This document shows, piece by piece, positions 28,157 through 37,900 of a stretch of 64,000 nucleotides of DNA. The stretch is from an uncultured Planctomycetia bacterium (GTDB lineage Bacteria > Omnitrophota > Gorgyraeia > 2-02-FULL-51-18 > JAGOUK01). Location: the NCBI GenBank assembly GCA_964430735.1, contig CAYSFB010000001.1, forward strand, positions 232,674-296,673, in the 5' to 3' direction. The notes below the pieces were generated by a model, which saw only the letters and a list, made by a program, of their open reading frames with translations, had not been told where the DNA came from and ran no database searches. The stretch's first letter is position 1; every line of letters starts with the position of its first letter. The translations under genes were made by a program, and so were the position numbers.

Positions 28157-28233
28157 CTCGATTTCCTCCTTACTCATTAAAGATGGATGTCGGATAAAAA
28201 CCGGTCAGGACCGGTCGAAGCTATTTTGTATTT

Positions 28234-28623
28234 TTAGAACGAAACGCCGCCCGGCGTCGAAACGCCGGGAAGCTCGGGGGCCTGGTAGGTGACGGAATAT
28301 TTTTTCTCGGCAGTCTCGCCGTCCAAGTCGTCTCCGCGCACCCATCCGGTAATGCCCTCGTACGTGACCAAATACCAATTTTCTTTGAACTTGCCGAGCT
28401 GGATCACCCGCATGTCCTCGATCGCGATCTCGGTCGCGGGTGGGATCTTGGCCAGCGACTTGAAGCTGTCCGGCTCCGGCCTCAGCTGCGTCGGAAAGTC
28501 CGCGTTCGTTGTCCGGGTCCGGGACTCGGAAGCGGCGGAATCCGCGCTGGCCGGGGCTGAGCCCAAGCCGGCGGCGGACAAGAATACCGCCAGAACCATC
28601 ATGACGAGTCGGGATGAAGACAT
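28234..28623 (-). CDS. secreted SH3b-domain protein
   Basis: Signal peptide followed by NWYLVTYEGITGWVRGDDL, a bacterial SH3 signature. Confidence 0.55.
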   Translation of the reverse strand: MSSSRLVMMVLAVFLSAAGLGSAPASADSAASESRTRTTNADFPTQLRPEPDSFKSLAKIPPATEIAIEDMRVIQLGKFKENWYLVTYEGITGWVRGDDLDGETAEKKYSVTYQAPELPGVSTPGGVSF

Positions 28624-28647
28624 GGGCAGTATTCTAGTGCCGCTTCC

Positions 28648-31272
28648 TCATACGGTCAAATCCGCAGGTTTACGGCCGGCGGCCGCGCCGGCCTGAAGCT
28701 CGAATTCCCCGTCCTTGCCCACGGCGACCGTGACCGTCTGTCCGGCTTTGAGCGTGCCCTTCAGGATATCGAGCGCCAGCCGGTCCTGGATCTCCTGCTG
28801 GATGAGGCGGCGCAAGGGCCTGGCCCCGTAGATCGGGTCGTAGCCGTCCTGAGCGAGCTTGGCCTTGGCTTCCTTCGACAGGACGAGCTTCATCCCGCGC
28901 GCCTCGACCTTCTTGGCAAGCTCGGCGATCTGGATATCGACGATCTTCACCAGGTCCTCTTCCGACAACCGGTTGAACACGACGATGTCGTCGACACGGT
29001 TCAGGAGCTCGGGACGGAAGAACTTCTTCAGCTCCGCGCGCACCTGGTCCTTCACACCCTGACTCATTTTGGGCGCTTCCTGCAGGATTTGACTCCCGAC
29101 ATTGGATGTCATGATGACGACCGTGTTCTTAAAGTTCACGACGCGGCCCTGACCGTCCGTGAGGCGGCCGTCTTCCAGGATCTGGAGCAGCACGTTGAAC
29201 ACGTCCGGATGCGCTTTTTCGATCTCGTCGAAGAGGACGATGGAATACGGCCGGCGGCGGACTTTTTCGGTGAGCTGGCCGCCCTCTTCGAACCCGACAT
29301 AGCCGGGCGGTGCGCCGATGAGGCGCGAGACCGAATGCTTTTCCATATACTCCGACATGTCGATGCGCGTCACGGCGTTTTCGTCATTGAACAGGAACCA
29401 CGCGAGCGACTTGGCCAGATGCGTTTTGCCGACGCCGGTGGAACCGAGGAAGATAAAGGAACCGATCGGGCGGCGTTCGTCGCCGAGCCCCGAGCGCGAC
29501 CGGCGGATCGCGTTGGCGATTGATCGCACGGCTTCTTCCTGGCCGACGACGCGTTTGGCGACTTCGTCTTCCATGCGGACGAGCTTTTCCATCTCGCCTT
29601 CCATGAGCTTGGAGACGGGAATGCCGGTCCATTTGGAAACGACTTCGGCAATATCCTCCTCGTCGACTTCTTCCTTCAGCATCTTCCCCTGCTTCTGGAC
29701 CTCGGCGAGGCGCGCGTTCTCGGTCTCGACGGTTCGCTCGAGCTCCTTGAGCTTGCCGTAACGGATTTCCGCGACGCGGTCGAGCTTGCCCTCGCGCTCG
29801 TAACGCTCTTCCTCGGAACGCGCCTTGTCCATCTCGGCCTTCGCCTTGCGGATCCGGTCGATCACGTCTTTTTCCTTTTTCCAGCGGGCTTTGAGCGTAT
29901 CGGACTGAGACTTGAGCTCCGCGATCTCGCGGGTGACCTTGTCCAACTGCCCCTTGGCTCCGGCGTCTTTTTCTTTTTGGAGCGCCTGCTTTTCGATCTC
30001 CAGCTGCGTGGTGCGGCGTTCCAGCTCGTCGATCTCGGTGGGCATGCTGTCGATCTCGATGCGCAGCTTGGACGTCGCCTCGTCAATGAGGTCGATCGCC
30101 TTATCCGGGAGGAAGCGGTCCGAAATATACCGATGACTCAGGTTCACCGCGGCCAGGATCGCAGAATCCTTGATCCGCACGCCGTGATAGACCTCGTACT
30201 TGTCCTTGAGGCCGCGCAGAATGCCGACCGCGTCCTCCGGCGTGGGCTCGGTCACGAACACCGGCTGGAAGCGCCGTTCGAGCGCCTTGTCTTTTTCGAT
30301 GTATTGGCGGTACTCGTCGAGCGTCGTCGCGCCGATGCAGCGCAGCTCGCCGCGCGCAAGCGCGGGCTTGAGCATGTTGGACGCGTCCATCGCGCCGTCG
30401 GATTTACCCGCGCCGACCAGCGTGTGCAGCTCGTCAATGAAGAGAATGACTTCGCCGGCCCTGGACTGAACTTCCTTGAGGACGGCCTTGAGCCGCTCCT
30501 CGAATTCGCCGCGGTACTTGGCGCCGGCGATGAGCGCGCCCAGATCCAGCGAAATGAGGCGCTTGTTCTTGAGCGTCGTCGGCACGTCGCCGTCGGTGAT
30601 GCGTTTGGCCAGGCCTTCGACGATGGCGGTCTTGCCGGTGCCGGGCTCGCCGATGAGAACAGGATTGTTCTTCGTGCGGCGGGACAGCACCTGGATCGCG
30701 CGGCGGATTTCCTGGTCGCGGCCGATCACGGGATCGAGCTTGCCCGTGCGGGCCGCTTCGGTGAGGTCGCGGCCGTATTTTTCGAGCGCCTGGAATTTAG
30801 ATTCGGGGTCCTGGTCGGTGACGCGCTGGGAGCCGCGGATGTCCTTGAGCGCCGCCAAAACCGCGGGCTTGGTGATCTTGTGCCGGCGGATCAGATCGCC
30901 CGTGGCGTCCTTGGCTTCCTGAACCAGTCCGAGCAGAAGATGTTCGACGCTGACATAGTCGTCCTTCAGATCCCGGGCTTCGGCTTCCGCCCGTGCGAGC
31001 ACGGCCTTGGCCTGGGATGACAGGTAACGCTCGACGCCGTCGCCCTGCACGCGCGGCCGGACCTTGAGCGCCGACTCCAGATCCTGGGCGATACGCTCCG
31101 GATCGGCGCCGATTTTTCCGAGCACCGAACCGATGATGGTGTCCGGGACCGTGATCAGCGCCAGAAACAAATGGTCCGCGCCGACTTCCTGATGCCCGAA
31201 TTCCTCGGCCGACCGGACAGCGCCCTGTACGGCCTCCTGCGCCTTGATCGTAAATTTATCGAGTTGAGCCAT
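28648..31272 (-). CDS. clpB: chaperone ClpB (Hsp100 disaggregase)
   Basis: Two AAA+ modules ([12 protein letters not shown]; [12 protein letters not shown]) with the middle coiled-coil domain; 874 aa. Confidence 0.95.
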   Translation of the reverse strand: MAQLDKFTIKAQEAVQGAVRSAEEFGHQEVGADHLFLALITVPDTIIGSVLGKIGADPERIAQDLESALKVRPRVQGDGVERYLSSQAKAVLARAEAEARDLKDDYVSVEHLLLGLVQEAKDATGDLIRRHKITKPAVLAALKDIRGSQRVTDQDPESKFQALEKYGRDLTEAARTGKLDPVIGRDQEIRRAIQVLSRRTKNNPVLIGEPGTGKTAIVEGLAKRITDGDVPTTLKNKRLISLDLGALIAGAKYRGEFEERLKAVLKEVQSRAGEVILFIDELHTLVGAGKSDGAMDASNMLKPALARGELRCIGATTLDEYRQYIEKDKALERRFQPVFVTEPTPEDAVGILRGLKDKYEVYHGVRIKDSAILAAVNLSHRYISDRFLPDKAIDLIDEATSKLRIEIDSMPTEIDELERRTTQLEIEKQALQKEKDAGAKGQLDKVTREIAELKSQSDTLKARWKKEKDVIDRIRKAKAEMDKARSEEERYEREGKLDRVAEIRYGKLKELERTVETENARLAEVQKQGKMLKEEVDEEDIAEVVSKWTGIPVSKLMEGEMEKLVRMEDEVAKRVVGQEEAVRSIANAIRRSRSGLGDERRPIGSFIFLGSTGVGKTHLAKSLAWFLFNDENAVTRIDMSEYMEKHSVSRLIGAPPGYVGFEEGGQLTEKVRRRPYSIVLFDEIEKAHPDVFNVLLQILEDGRLTDGQGRVVNFKNTVVIMTSNVGSQILQEAPKMSQGVKDQVRAELKKFFRPELLNRVDDIVVFNRLSEEDLVKIVDIQIAELAKKVEARGMKLVLSKEAKAKLAQDGYDPIYGARPLRRLIQQEIQDRLALDILKGTLKAGQTVTVAVGKDGEFELQAGAAAGRKPADLTV

Positions 31273-31302
31273 GGGCCACCTCTTCTTCCGGCCCGGGCCG
31301 GA

Positions 31303-31995
31303 TCATGCTTTTTTATTGATGCGAATCTGAACCAATAGGTCGCCGTTTTTGCCGCAGCATTTGCATTCGCGGCCTTGATTGGCCAACCGCAGCTTCTGAC
31401 CGTCCTTGATCCCCATCGGGACCTTCACGGTGAACTGCTGCCCTGAACGCGTCTTGAACTTCACCTCGCCGCCCTTCTGCGCCAAAGCCGGCGGCACCGT
31501 CACTTCGGTTTGAATATCCGTGTCCTCGCGGTCCCCTTCGACTCCGTCGAACCCGCCGTCCGAGCCGCCGGGAGCATTCGAATAATAAAACTGCTGACCT
31601 CCGCTCCGACCGCCCGTCCCCTTGAACAGATCGCCCAAAATATCCTCGAACGCCCCGAATCCGGCCCCGCCGCGCGCGCCGCCCGCTCCGCCCCGCGCCC
31701 CGCCGCCCGACCGGAAAAAATTCATGAACTCGCCGGGATCAAACCCCTGCGCACCCTGATACGACCCGCCGCCAAACCCGCCCTTGCGGACCATGTCGTA
31801 CTCGTCGCGGCGCTTCTTGTCGCTCAGGACGTAATACGCCTCCGAGATCTCTTTGAACTTTTCCTCAGCGGCCTTGTTCCCGGGGTTCTTGTCCGGATGA
31901 TGCTTGAGCGCCAGCTTCCGGTACGCCGATTTGATCTCGGCTTCCGCCGCTGTCTCTCCGACCCCGAGAATTTTGTAATAGTCTTTCTGACTCAC
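31303..31995 (-). CDS. J-domain co-chaperone (CbpA/DnaJ-like, no zinc finger)
   Basis: J-domain YYKILGV...HPDKN, G/F-rich linker, and C-terminal beta domain. Confidence 0.8.
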   Translation of the reverse strand: MSQKDYYKILGVGETAAEAEIKSAYRKLALKHHPDKNPGNKAAEEKFKEISEAYYVLSDKKRRDEYDMVRKGGFGGGSYQGAQGFDPGEFMNFFRSGGGARGGAGGARGGAGFGAFEDILGDLFKGTGGRSGGQQFYYSNAPGGSDGGFDGVEGDREDTDIQTEVTVPPALAQKGGEVKFKTRSGQQFTVKVPMGIKDGQKLRLANQGRECKCCGKNGDLLVQIRINKKA

Positions 31996-32037
31996 GTGCT
32001 GCCTTTCGTGTACCGGGCCGGACCGGGCCGCGCGGCC

Positions 32038-32059
32038 GGCGGATGATCGCTCATCCGCC
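32038..32059 (-). terminator. stable hairpin GGCGGATGA-tcgc-TCATCCGCC downstream of hsp20 (putative attenuator/partial terminator)
   Basis: 9-bp perfect stem with a 4-nt loop, located 10 nt after the hsp20 stop. No U-tract, so readthrough into the J-protein/clpB genes is likely. Confidence 0.3.
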
Positions 32060-32068
32060 GCCGAACCG

Positions 32069-32425
32069 TCACTTGATCTCGACTCTGCGGGCTGTGGACT
32101 TGACCTCTTCGCGCTTCGGAAGGGTCACTTCAAGGACCCCGTCTTTATACTGCGCCGAGACCTTCGCTTCGTCAACCTCCACCGGAAGCTCCAGAACCCG
32201 GGCGAAGCTGCCGTGCACGCGTTCCGTGCGCAGATAATCCCGGTCCTCGACCCTGGCTTCTTCCTTCTTCTCGCCGCGGATGACGAGCGTGGCACCCTCG
32301 ACCGAGACCTCGACGTCCTTCCGGTCGATACCGGGAAGGTCCGCCTTGACCACGATCTTGTCCGCAGCCTCCTGGACGTCCACTGCGGGCCCCCAGAAGC
32401 AATTCCGACGTGTGATGATATGCAT
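32069..32425 (-). CDS. small heat-shock protein Hsp20
   Basis: Alpha-crystallin domain. Start trimmed to ATG 32425 because the longer TTG-initiated form would encode the CIRCE element; AAGGGGG RBS. Confidence 0.8.
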   Translation of the reverse strand: MHIITRRNCFWGPAVDVQEAADKIVVKADLPGIDRKDVEVSVEGATLVIRGEKKEEARVEDRDYLRTERVHGSFARVLELPVEVDEAKVSAQYKDGVLEVTLPKREEVKSTARRVEIK

Positions 32426-32451
32426 GCTAACCCCCTTTGTTATTGGTAACT

Positions 32452-32478
32452 TTGGCACTCTCAAATACCGAGTGCTAA
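32452..32478. promoter_or_regulatory. CIRCE operator 3 (TTGGCACTC-N9-GAGTGCTAA)
   Basis: 8/9 and 9/9 arm matches; lies 27 nt upstream of the hsp20 ATG. Confidence 0.7.
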
Positions 32479-32495
32479 TTCATGGACAAAAAAAT

Positions 32496-32795
32496 TTACC
32501 GGGTTTTCCGGACCTTCAAAATCTGCTGCTCCATCTCGAGAACCACCTTGACCCCCTGCACTTTGAGCTTCTTGGTTTTCATGTAATGCCAGATCTTTCT
32601 CAGAACGACCATCTCGCGCTTGGAGTACAGCCGCGAACAACCCTCGCTCGGCCGCGGCGGACAGACCACGCATTCCCGATCCAGCTGCTTCAAGACCCAG
32701 ACCGGAATCCCGATGAGACGCGTCACCACCCCGGTCGTGAATACCGGCTCGTCCATGTCGAACTCAAAATCCTCTTCGGCCGGACGACGCTTCAT
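32496..32795 (-). CDS. MerR-family transcriptional regulator (HspR-like)
   Basis: N-terminal MerR HTH (FTTGVVTRLIGIPVWVLKQLDRE...RLYSKREMVVLRKI) plus a short coiled-coil. AGGAG RBS; sits upstream of the hsp20/J-protein/clpB genes. Confidence 0.7.
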   Translation of the reverse strand: MKRRPAEEDFEFDMDEPVFTTGVVTRLIGIPVWVLKQLDRECVVCPPRPSEGCSRLYSKREMVVLRKIWHYMKTKKLKVQGVKVVLEMEQQILKVRKTR

Positions 32796-32827
32796 CGGTG
32801 ACTCCTGTACCCCTTGAGCACACCCAC

Positions 32828-32856
32828 AGTATGCCCCCGCCCCGCCGGAATGTCAA
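32828..32856 (-). promoter_or_regulatory. promoter of MerR/HspR-like gene: TTGACA-17-CATACT
   Basis: Minus-strand reading gives agTTGACAttccggcggggcgggggCATACTgtggg; the -35 hexamer is perfect. Confidence 0.45.
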
Positions 32857-32858
32857 CT

Positions 32859-32884
32859 ATAATCGAAATATTTTTTTCGATTAT
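32859..32884. promoter_or_regulatory. 10-bp perfect inverted repeat ATAATCGAAA-N6-TTTCGATTAT (candidate operator)
   Basis: Lies 3 nt upstream of the -35 of the MerR-like gene and is followed by a third half-site copy (ATCGAAAATA). AT-rich within a GC-rich genome. Confidence 0.45.
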
Positions 32885-32895
32885 CGAAAATACCT

Positions 32896-33648
32896 TCAAG
32901 CCAGCTCCAGCCCCACCGGGCAATGGTCCGACCCCTTCACGTCCTTGAGGATCCAGGCCCGTTTGAGCTTCCCCTTGAGCCGGGGCGAAACCACAAAGTA
33001 GTCGATCCGCCACCCGATATTCCGCGCCCGGCAATTCGACAACCGGCTCCACCAGGTGTAATGTCCGCCGCCCTTCTCAAACTCCCGGAACGTGTCGATG
33101 AACCCCGCCTTCACGAGCGCGTCGAACCCCGCCCGTTCCTCGGGCGTGAACCCGTGGTTCTTCACGTTGGCCTTCGGGTTGGCCAGGTCGATTTCGCGGT
33201 GCGCGACGTTCAGATCCCCGCAAAAAATCACCGGCTTCTTCTTATCGAGCTTCTTCACATACGCCAAAAAATCCTTGTCCCACTCCTTCGTCCGGTACGG
33301 CAGCCGCTCCAGCCCCCGCTTGGAATTGGGTACGTAAACGCTGATCACATAAAACCCCGCAAACTCCGCCGTGAGCACCCGCCCCTCGCCGTCGTGCTTC
33401 GCCGCGCCGATCCCGCGCGTCACCTTGAGCGGCTCCTGCCGGCTGAACAGCGCCGTGCCCGCATACCCCGGCTTCACGGCGTCGTTCCAGAACTCGCGGT
33501 ACCCGGGCAAATCGAGCTTCATCCCGCCCGCCGGGGCCTTGGTCTCCTGAAGGCACAGCACGTCCGGCTTCTCGGCCGCGACGAATTCCCTGAGTCCGGC
33601 CTTCACGGCAGCCCGCACCCCGTTGACGTTCCAAGAAATCAGCTTCAC
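32896..33648 (-). CDS. xth: exodeoxyribonuclease III
   Basis: MKLISWNVNG...LCLQETK...SDHCPV endonuclease/exonuclease/phosphatase-fold motifs. Confidence 0.9.
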   Translation of the reverse strand: MKLISWNVNGVRAAVKAGLREFVAAEKPDVLCLQETKAPAGGMKLDLPGYREFWNDAVKPGYAGTALFSRQEPLKVTRGIGAAKHDGEGRVLTAEFAGFYVISVYVPNSKRGLERLPYRTKEWDKDFLAYVKKLDKKKPVIFCGDLNVAHREIDLANPKANVKNHGFTPEERAGFDALVKAGFIDTFREFEKGGGHYTWWSRLSNCRARNIGWRIDYFVVSPRLKGKLKRAWILKDVKGSDHCPVGLELA

Positions 33649-33692
33649 CCGACCCGTCCTCCCAAATCCCCGATTTTTAGTACAATGGGCCC

Positions 33693-34118
33693 ATGAACAA
33701 GGCCGTGCTCATCAAAGAATTCATGGTCACCAACCCCAAGTCCGTCCGCGACACGGACAGCCTCTACGAGGCCTATCAGCTGATGCGCCTCTATGGCATC
33801 CGCCACCTGCCGGTCGTCGACCGCGACGACAAAGTCATCGGCATCTTCACGCACACCGACCTCAACAAGTGCTATCCGCCCAAGGAAAATGAAGACAGCT
33901 GGTATTACGAAAAGGACGAATTGAGCGCGATGCGGGTCGGCATGCACATGACCAAGGAGCCGGCGGTTCTCATCCCGGAAGACACGCTCCGCGAGGCCGC
34001 CCTGACCATGGTCCGCGGCAAATACGCCTGCGTTCCCATCATCTCCCCCCAGACCCGCAAGCTGGTCGGGATCATCACCTACATCGACGTCCTCAAAAAA
34101 GTCGCCGACCTCGTCTAG
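33693..34118 (+). CDS. CBS-domain pair protein
   Basis: Two CBS motifs (IRHLPVVD; ACVPIISPQTRKLVGIIT). TACAAT box 6 nt upstream of the ATG. Confidence 0.75.
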   Translation: MNKAVLIKEFMVTNPKSVRDTDSLYEAYQLMRLYGIRHLPVVDRDDKVIGIFTHTDLNKCYPPKENEDSWYYEKDELSAMRVGMHMTKEPAVLIPEDTLREAALTMVRGKYACVPIISPQTRKLVGIITYIDVLKKVADLV

Positions 34119-34141
34119 CTTCTTCTGGAAAAAGCTTCCGC

Positions 34142-35569
34142 TTAGAACCCCGTCTGGACCTTGTACTTGAGCGTCGTGCTGGAATTCGCCGGCACCGTCA
34201 CTTCGAACCGCACGTTGAAGGCGTCCAGCTTCTTGTAAGGGATCGACGAACTCAAAATCTTCCAATTGGTCCCCAGCGGCTCGTCCACGAGCACCGTCAC
34301 CGGCACATCCTTCGCATTCTTCAGCGTGATCTCCCACTCGGATTCGTTCATCCGCGTCGTCAGCTGCTGGAAGCTCATCTGTTTGCGCTTGAAGTTGACG
34401 TCAAACGCGCGGCCGACATTGAGCTTGAGCTCATCGTCCTTGGGCGTATGCTGGATCCTGTCCTCGCCCACGAACTGCAGCCCGCCCTCCTTGTCTTCCT
34501 TGTACATCCGGATGATGCCCGCCGGCAGCGGAAGCCCGAGACCGTTGGTCTTGGCGTTGAGGAAGCGGATCGACACGTTCACCGGCTGCGGCTGGTCGTT
34601 GCCGGACCACTGCTGCATGAAAAAGTAATTCTCCGACCGGACCGTGTATTCCTTTTGGAGCTTGAGCGGCGTCGACGGCAGGAAGCTGATCTGCTTGGTC
34701 TGATTGTTCTTGAGCGTCGTCCGGCGCTTCAGGTCGTACGTGTGGTATTCGAACATCGCCTGCTCCGAGAACTGCGCCGCGCCCGCGTCCATCGCCATGA
34801 CGCCGCGCATCATCATCGCCTTGGGCGCGTATTCGGGCGCCGACACGCGGTTGACGTCCCCCGCGACGAGCTTGAGCTTGGCGTTTTTGTAAGTCGCGCC
34901 GGTGTTGTTGTCGATCGTGACCCAACCGGACAATTCGCCCGCCGCGTCGTCCTTGCCGACCGTGAGCACGTAGTCGGCCTTCCAGCCGAAGCCGTTCGTG
35001 AGATAGGTCGCCTCGACTTCGTGCGCGGCGGCCGACTGGTTCTTGTACTGCCAGGTGAGCGTGGGCTTGGTGATGAGGTCTTCGGGGATCTCGGGCAGGA
35101 CGTGATAGCCCGGATGCCCGATCCAGATGTTGTCGTTGATCTTGTAGACGCGCTGACCCGCCGTGGACAAGAGCGTCGCGGTCACCTGCTCCTTGCGGTC
35201 CTGGAACTCGTTCTCGGTGAGGATCTGGATGTCCTTGCCGATGTATTTTTCGAGGAGCTTTTCGGGATCGATGAGGTCGTATTCGTAGTTCTGCTCGATC
35301 AGGGCGAGTCCGGCGGGCTGGTTGAGCGACTTCACGCGCACCGTCTCGGGCTGCACAAGCTGCGCGACGTCCATGAACCGCAGCTCCCCTTCACCGACCG
35401 GGAGAAGGATCGTCCGGGTGTCCTTGATGAGCCCCAGCTGATTGTTGTAAACGGTGACTTGGAGGTTTTTTTGGTCGGCTAGCGTCGAACTCTGCGTTTC
35501 GCCGGCGATTGCCGTCGAAGCGGCCGTCAAAAAAGTCAGGAACGAAAAAAGCGGGGGGTTTTTCATCAA
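34142..35569 (-). CDS. DUF4139/DUF4140 family secreted protein (MuiA-like)
   Basis: Signal peptide MMKNPPLFSFLTFLTAASTAIAG; length and composition match the conserved DUF4139 family. TATAAT and GGAGG elements lie upstream. Confidence 0.6.
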   Translation of the reverse strand: MMKNPPLFSFLTFLTAASTAIAGETQSSTLADQKNLQVTVYNNQLGLIKDTRTILLPVGEGELRFMDVAQLVQPETVRVKSLNQPAGLALIEQNYEYDLIDPEKLLEKYIGKDIQILTENEFQDRKEQVTATLLSTAGQRVYKINDNIWIGHPGYHVLPEIPEDLITKPTLTWQYKNQSAAAHEVEATYLTNGFGWKADYVLTVGKDDAAGELSGWVTIDNNTGATYKNAKLKLVAGDVNRVSAPEYAPKAMMMRGVMAMDAGAAQFSEQAMFEYHTYDLKRRTTLKNNQTKQISFLPSTPLKLQKEYTVRSENYFFMQQWSGNDQPQPVNVSIRFLNAKTNGLGLPLPAGIIRMYKEDKEGGLQFVGEDRIQHTPKDDELKLNVGRAFDVNFKRKQMSFQQLTTRMNESEWEITLKNAKDVPVTVLVDEPLGTNWKILSSSIPYKKLDAFNVRFEVTVPANSSTTLKYKVQTGF

Positions 35570-35748
35570 AGGCCTCCGTGGTGAAGCGCTATTATAAACG
35601 ATTCTCCCCCATTAGACGCCCCCAACCCCTACAAGGTTTAGTCCCTAGACCGAGCGCCGCCCCAGCGGCGTAACTCCCCCACACGAGCGCCGCGTGCAAC
35701 GCGGCGTACGCAAAAAAACCGATTCCCAATATGCCCCAACTCAGGCCC

Positions 35749-35856
35749 ATTTTTTCCAAATAACAGGTTCAGATGCAAGGCGCGAGGGAGCGCCGCGCAC
35801 TCTACGGTGCGCAAGCTCCCGAGCAACGCAGCAGATGAGCCTGTTATTTGGAAAAA
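35749..35856. repeat. 108-bp nested palindromic element (18-bp perfect terminal inverted repeats), copy B
   Basis: TTTTTTCCAAATAACAGG...(72 nt)...CCTGTTATTTGGAAAAAA. The core has nested hairpins GGGAGC.../GCGCACcgtagaGTGCGC and the motif GCAACGCAGCAGATG shared with copy A. Ends 1 nt from the tRNA-Lys 3' end. Confidence 0.6.
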
Positions 35857-35857
35857 A

Positions 35858-35933
35858 TGGTGAGACCGCTGGGGATCGAACCCAGGACACCTTCCTTAAA
35901 AGGGAAGTGCTCTACCAACTGAGCTACGGTCTC
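35858..35933 (-). tRNA. tRNA-Lys (anticodon UUU), CCA encoded
   Basis: Minus-strand sequence GAGACCGTAGCTCAGTTGGTAGAGCACTTCCCTTTTAAGGAAGGTGTCCTGGGTTCGATCCCCAGCGGTCTCACCA folds as a canonical cloverleaf: 7-bp acceptor, GCTC/GAGC D-stem, CTTCC/GGAAG anticodon stem, loop CTTTTAA, TTCGATC T-loop. Confidence 0.9.
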
Positions 35934-35991
35934 GTGAAGATTGCGCGGGCCGTTCGAGGCCCGATCGGGCGGGGCGAAAAACAGGTCCGGA

Positions 35992-36549
35992 CTAGACGGT
36001 CATCAATTCCTTTTCCTTGGCCGTCGCAAGTTCGTCGACCGCCTTGGTCTGCGCGTCGGTGGCCTTCTGGATCATGTCCTCAGCCTTCTTGCGGTCGTCT
36101 TCGGTGATCTTCTTGTCCTTCTCGAGCTTCTTGATCTCTTCGTTGCCTTCGCGGCGGGCGTTGCGGATCGAGACACGGCCGTCTTCGGCGACTTTTTTGA
36201 CGACCTTCACGAGTTCTTCGCGGCGTTCCTTGGACAGCGCCGGCACGGGCACGCGGATCATTTTGCCTTCGATGATCGGGGTCAATCCCAGATCCCCCGA
36301 CTGGATGGCCTGACCGATGGCCGCGACGCTTCCCGCGTCGAACGGCTGGATGACCATCATCCGGGGTTCCGGCGCGCTGATCGTCGCCAGCTGCTTCAGG
36401 GGGGTCATGGCCCCGTAGTAATCGACGCGCAGCGTATCGAGCAGGGACGGGTTGGCGCGGCCGGTGCGCAGGCGCGCGAATTCGTGAACGGTCGCTTCGA
36501 CCGCCTTTTTCATTTTGGACTCAAAATTTTTGACCGTATCCTGCCACAT
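35992..36549 (-). CDS. frr: ribosome recycling factor
   Basis: MWQDTVKNFE... 185 aa, AAGGAG RBS. The track ORF extends artificially to 37029. Confidence 0.95.
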   Translation of the reverse strand: MWQDTVKNFESKMKKAVEATVHEFARLRTGRANPSLLDTLRVDYYGAMTPLKQLATISAPEPRMMVIQPFDAGSVAAIGQAIQSGDLGLTPIIEGKMIRVPVPALSKERREELVKVVKKVAEDGRVSIRNARREGNEEIKKLEKDKKITEDDRKKAEDMIQKATDAQTKAVDELATAKEKELMTV

Positions 36550-36586
36550 ATTCCGCTCCTTGCCGGCTGCGAAGCCGGCGGTACGT

Positions 36587-37303
36587 TTACTCTTTGACCA
36601 GCGTTCCGATTTTTTCGCCGAGAACGGCGCGCTTGATGTTGCCCGGTTTAGACAGGTCGAACACCAGGATCGGAAGCTTGTTGTCCATGCACAGACTGAT
36701 CGCGGTCGAATCCATGACCTTGAGGCCGCGCTTAAGCACTTCCATGTAACGGATCTCTTTAAAGCGCTTGGCCTTGGGATCCTTCTTCGGGTCCGCCGTA
36801 TAGATGCCGTCGACCTGCGTGGCCTTGAGAATGATGTCGGCGCCGATCTCGGTGGCGCGCAGCGCGGCGGTCGTGTCGGTCGTAAAGTAAGGGTTGCCCG
36901 TTCCGCAGACGAGGATGACGACGCGGCGCTTTTCCAGGTGGCGGATCGCGCGGCGGCGGATGTACGGCTCGGCGATCGTCGCCATCGGGATCGCGGTCTG
37001 GACCCGGGTGAACACGCCGACGCGCTCAAGCGCGTCCTGCATCGCCAACCCGTTGATCACGGTCGCCAGCATGCCCATGTAATCGGCGGTGGCGCGCTCA
37101 ATCCCCTTGGCGGACGCGTTGGTCCCGCGGAGGATGTTGCCGCCGCCGACGACGACGGCCGTCTGGACGCCGAGCTCGTGGATCTCTTTGATTTGTTTGG
37201 CGAGGCTGAGGGCGACTTCGGGACTGATCCCGTACCCGTCCTTGCCGCCGAGGTATTCTCCGCTGATTTTGAGGAGGATGCGGCGGTAGGCGGGTTTGGC
37301 CAT
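36587..37303 (-). CDS. pyrH: UMP kinase
   Basis: [16 protein letters not shown]...VVVGGGN... Trimmed from 37441. Confidence 0.95.
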   Translation of the reverse strand: MAKPAYRRILLKISGEYLGGKDGYGISPEVALSLAKQIKEIHELGVQTAVVVGGGNILRGTNASAKGIERATADYMGMLATVINGLAMQDALERVGVFTRVQTAIPMATIAEPYIRRRAIRHLEKRRVVILVCGTGNPYFTTDTTAALRATEIGADIILKATQVDGIYTADPKKDPKAKRFKEIRYMEVLKRGLKVMDSTAISLCMDNKLPILVFDLSKPGNIKRAVLGEKIGTLVKE

Positions 37304-37311
37304 GACGGAAC

Positions 37312-37899
37312 TTACTCGCCCAGGACGAAGCGGCTGAAACGCTTGATGACCATGTTCTCGCCGGTCTTGGCGATCACTTCGGTCAGGTACTCCTGGATGG
37401 TTTTTTTGTCGTCTTTGACGAAGGCTTGTTCGAGCAGGCAATTCTCTTTGTAGAACTTGTCGAGCTTGCCTTCGAGGATCTTATCGACCACGTTGGCCGG
37501 CTTGCCCTTGACGCTCTCGAGGAAGATCGCCTTCTCGCGCTCGACGGCGGCGGCCGGAACGTCTTCGCGGCGGATGCAGATGGGGTTCGTCGCCGCGATC
37601 TGCATGGCCACGTTGCGGCAGAATTCGGCGAACTGATCGGTGCGGCCGACAAAGTCGGTTTCGCAGTTGATCTCGACGAGCACGCCGATCTTGCCGCCCA
37701 TGTGGATGTAGCTCTCGACGCGGCCGTTGTTGGTCTCGCGGCCGGCCTTCTTGCCGGCGATCTGGGCGCCCTTCTTGCGAAGTTCGTCCACGGCCTTTTC
37801 GACGTTCCAGGAGGTTTCCACGAGCGCCTTGCGGCAGTCGAGGATCCCGGCGCCGGTCTTCTCGCGCAGTTCTTTGACCAGTTCCGCTTCGTTGGCCAT
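37312..37899 (-). CDS. tsf: elongation factor Ts
   Basis: [26 protein letters not shown] (UBA-like N-terminus) followed by the EF-Ts core; short 195-aa form. Confidence 0.9.
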   Translation of the reverse strand: MANEAELVKELREKTGAGILDCRKALVETSWNVEKAVDELRKKGAQIAGKKAGRETNNGRVESYIHMGGKIGVLVEINCETDFVGRTDQFAEFCRNVAMQIAATNPICIRREDVPAAAVEREKAIFLESVKGKPANVVDKILEGKLDKFYKENCLLEQAFVKDDKKTIQEYLTEVIAKTGENMVIKRFSRFVLGE

Positions 37900-37900
37900 T

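Noticed and set aside
32043-32237. 64-aa plus-strand ORF spanning the hairpin between hsp20 and the J-domain gene.
   Set aside because: Overlaps the hsp20 3' end antisense and the terminator-like hairpin; no RBS.
32796-32827. Search for a Streptomyces-type HAIR (CTTGAGT-N7-ACTCAAG) upstream of the HspR-like gene, and additional CIRCE elements upstream of the J-domain gene or clpB.
   Set aside because: Only a single half-site-like CTTGAGC is present, with no partner; no further CIRCE matches are found in the clpB or J-protein upstream regions.
35638-35826. 62-aa minus-strand ORF inside the structured region next to tRNA-Lys.
   Set aside because: Lies across the hairpin element and promoter region of the DUF4139 gene; composition is typical of a GC-rich noncoding translation.
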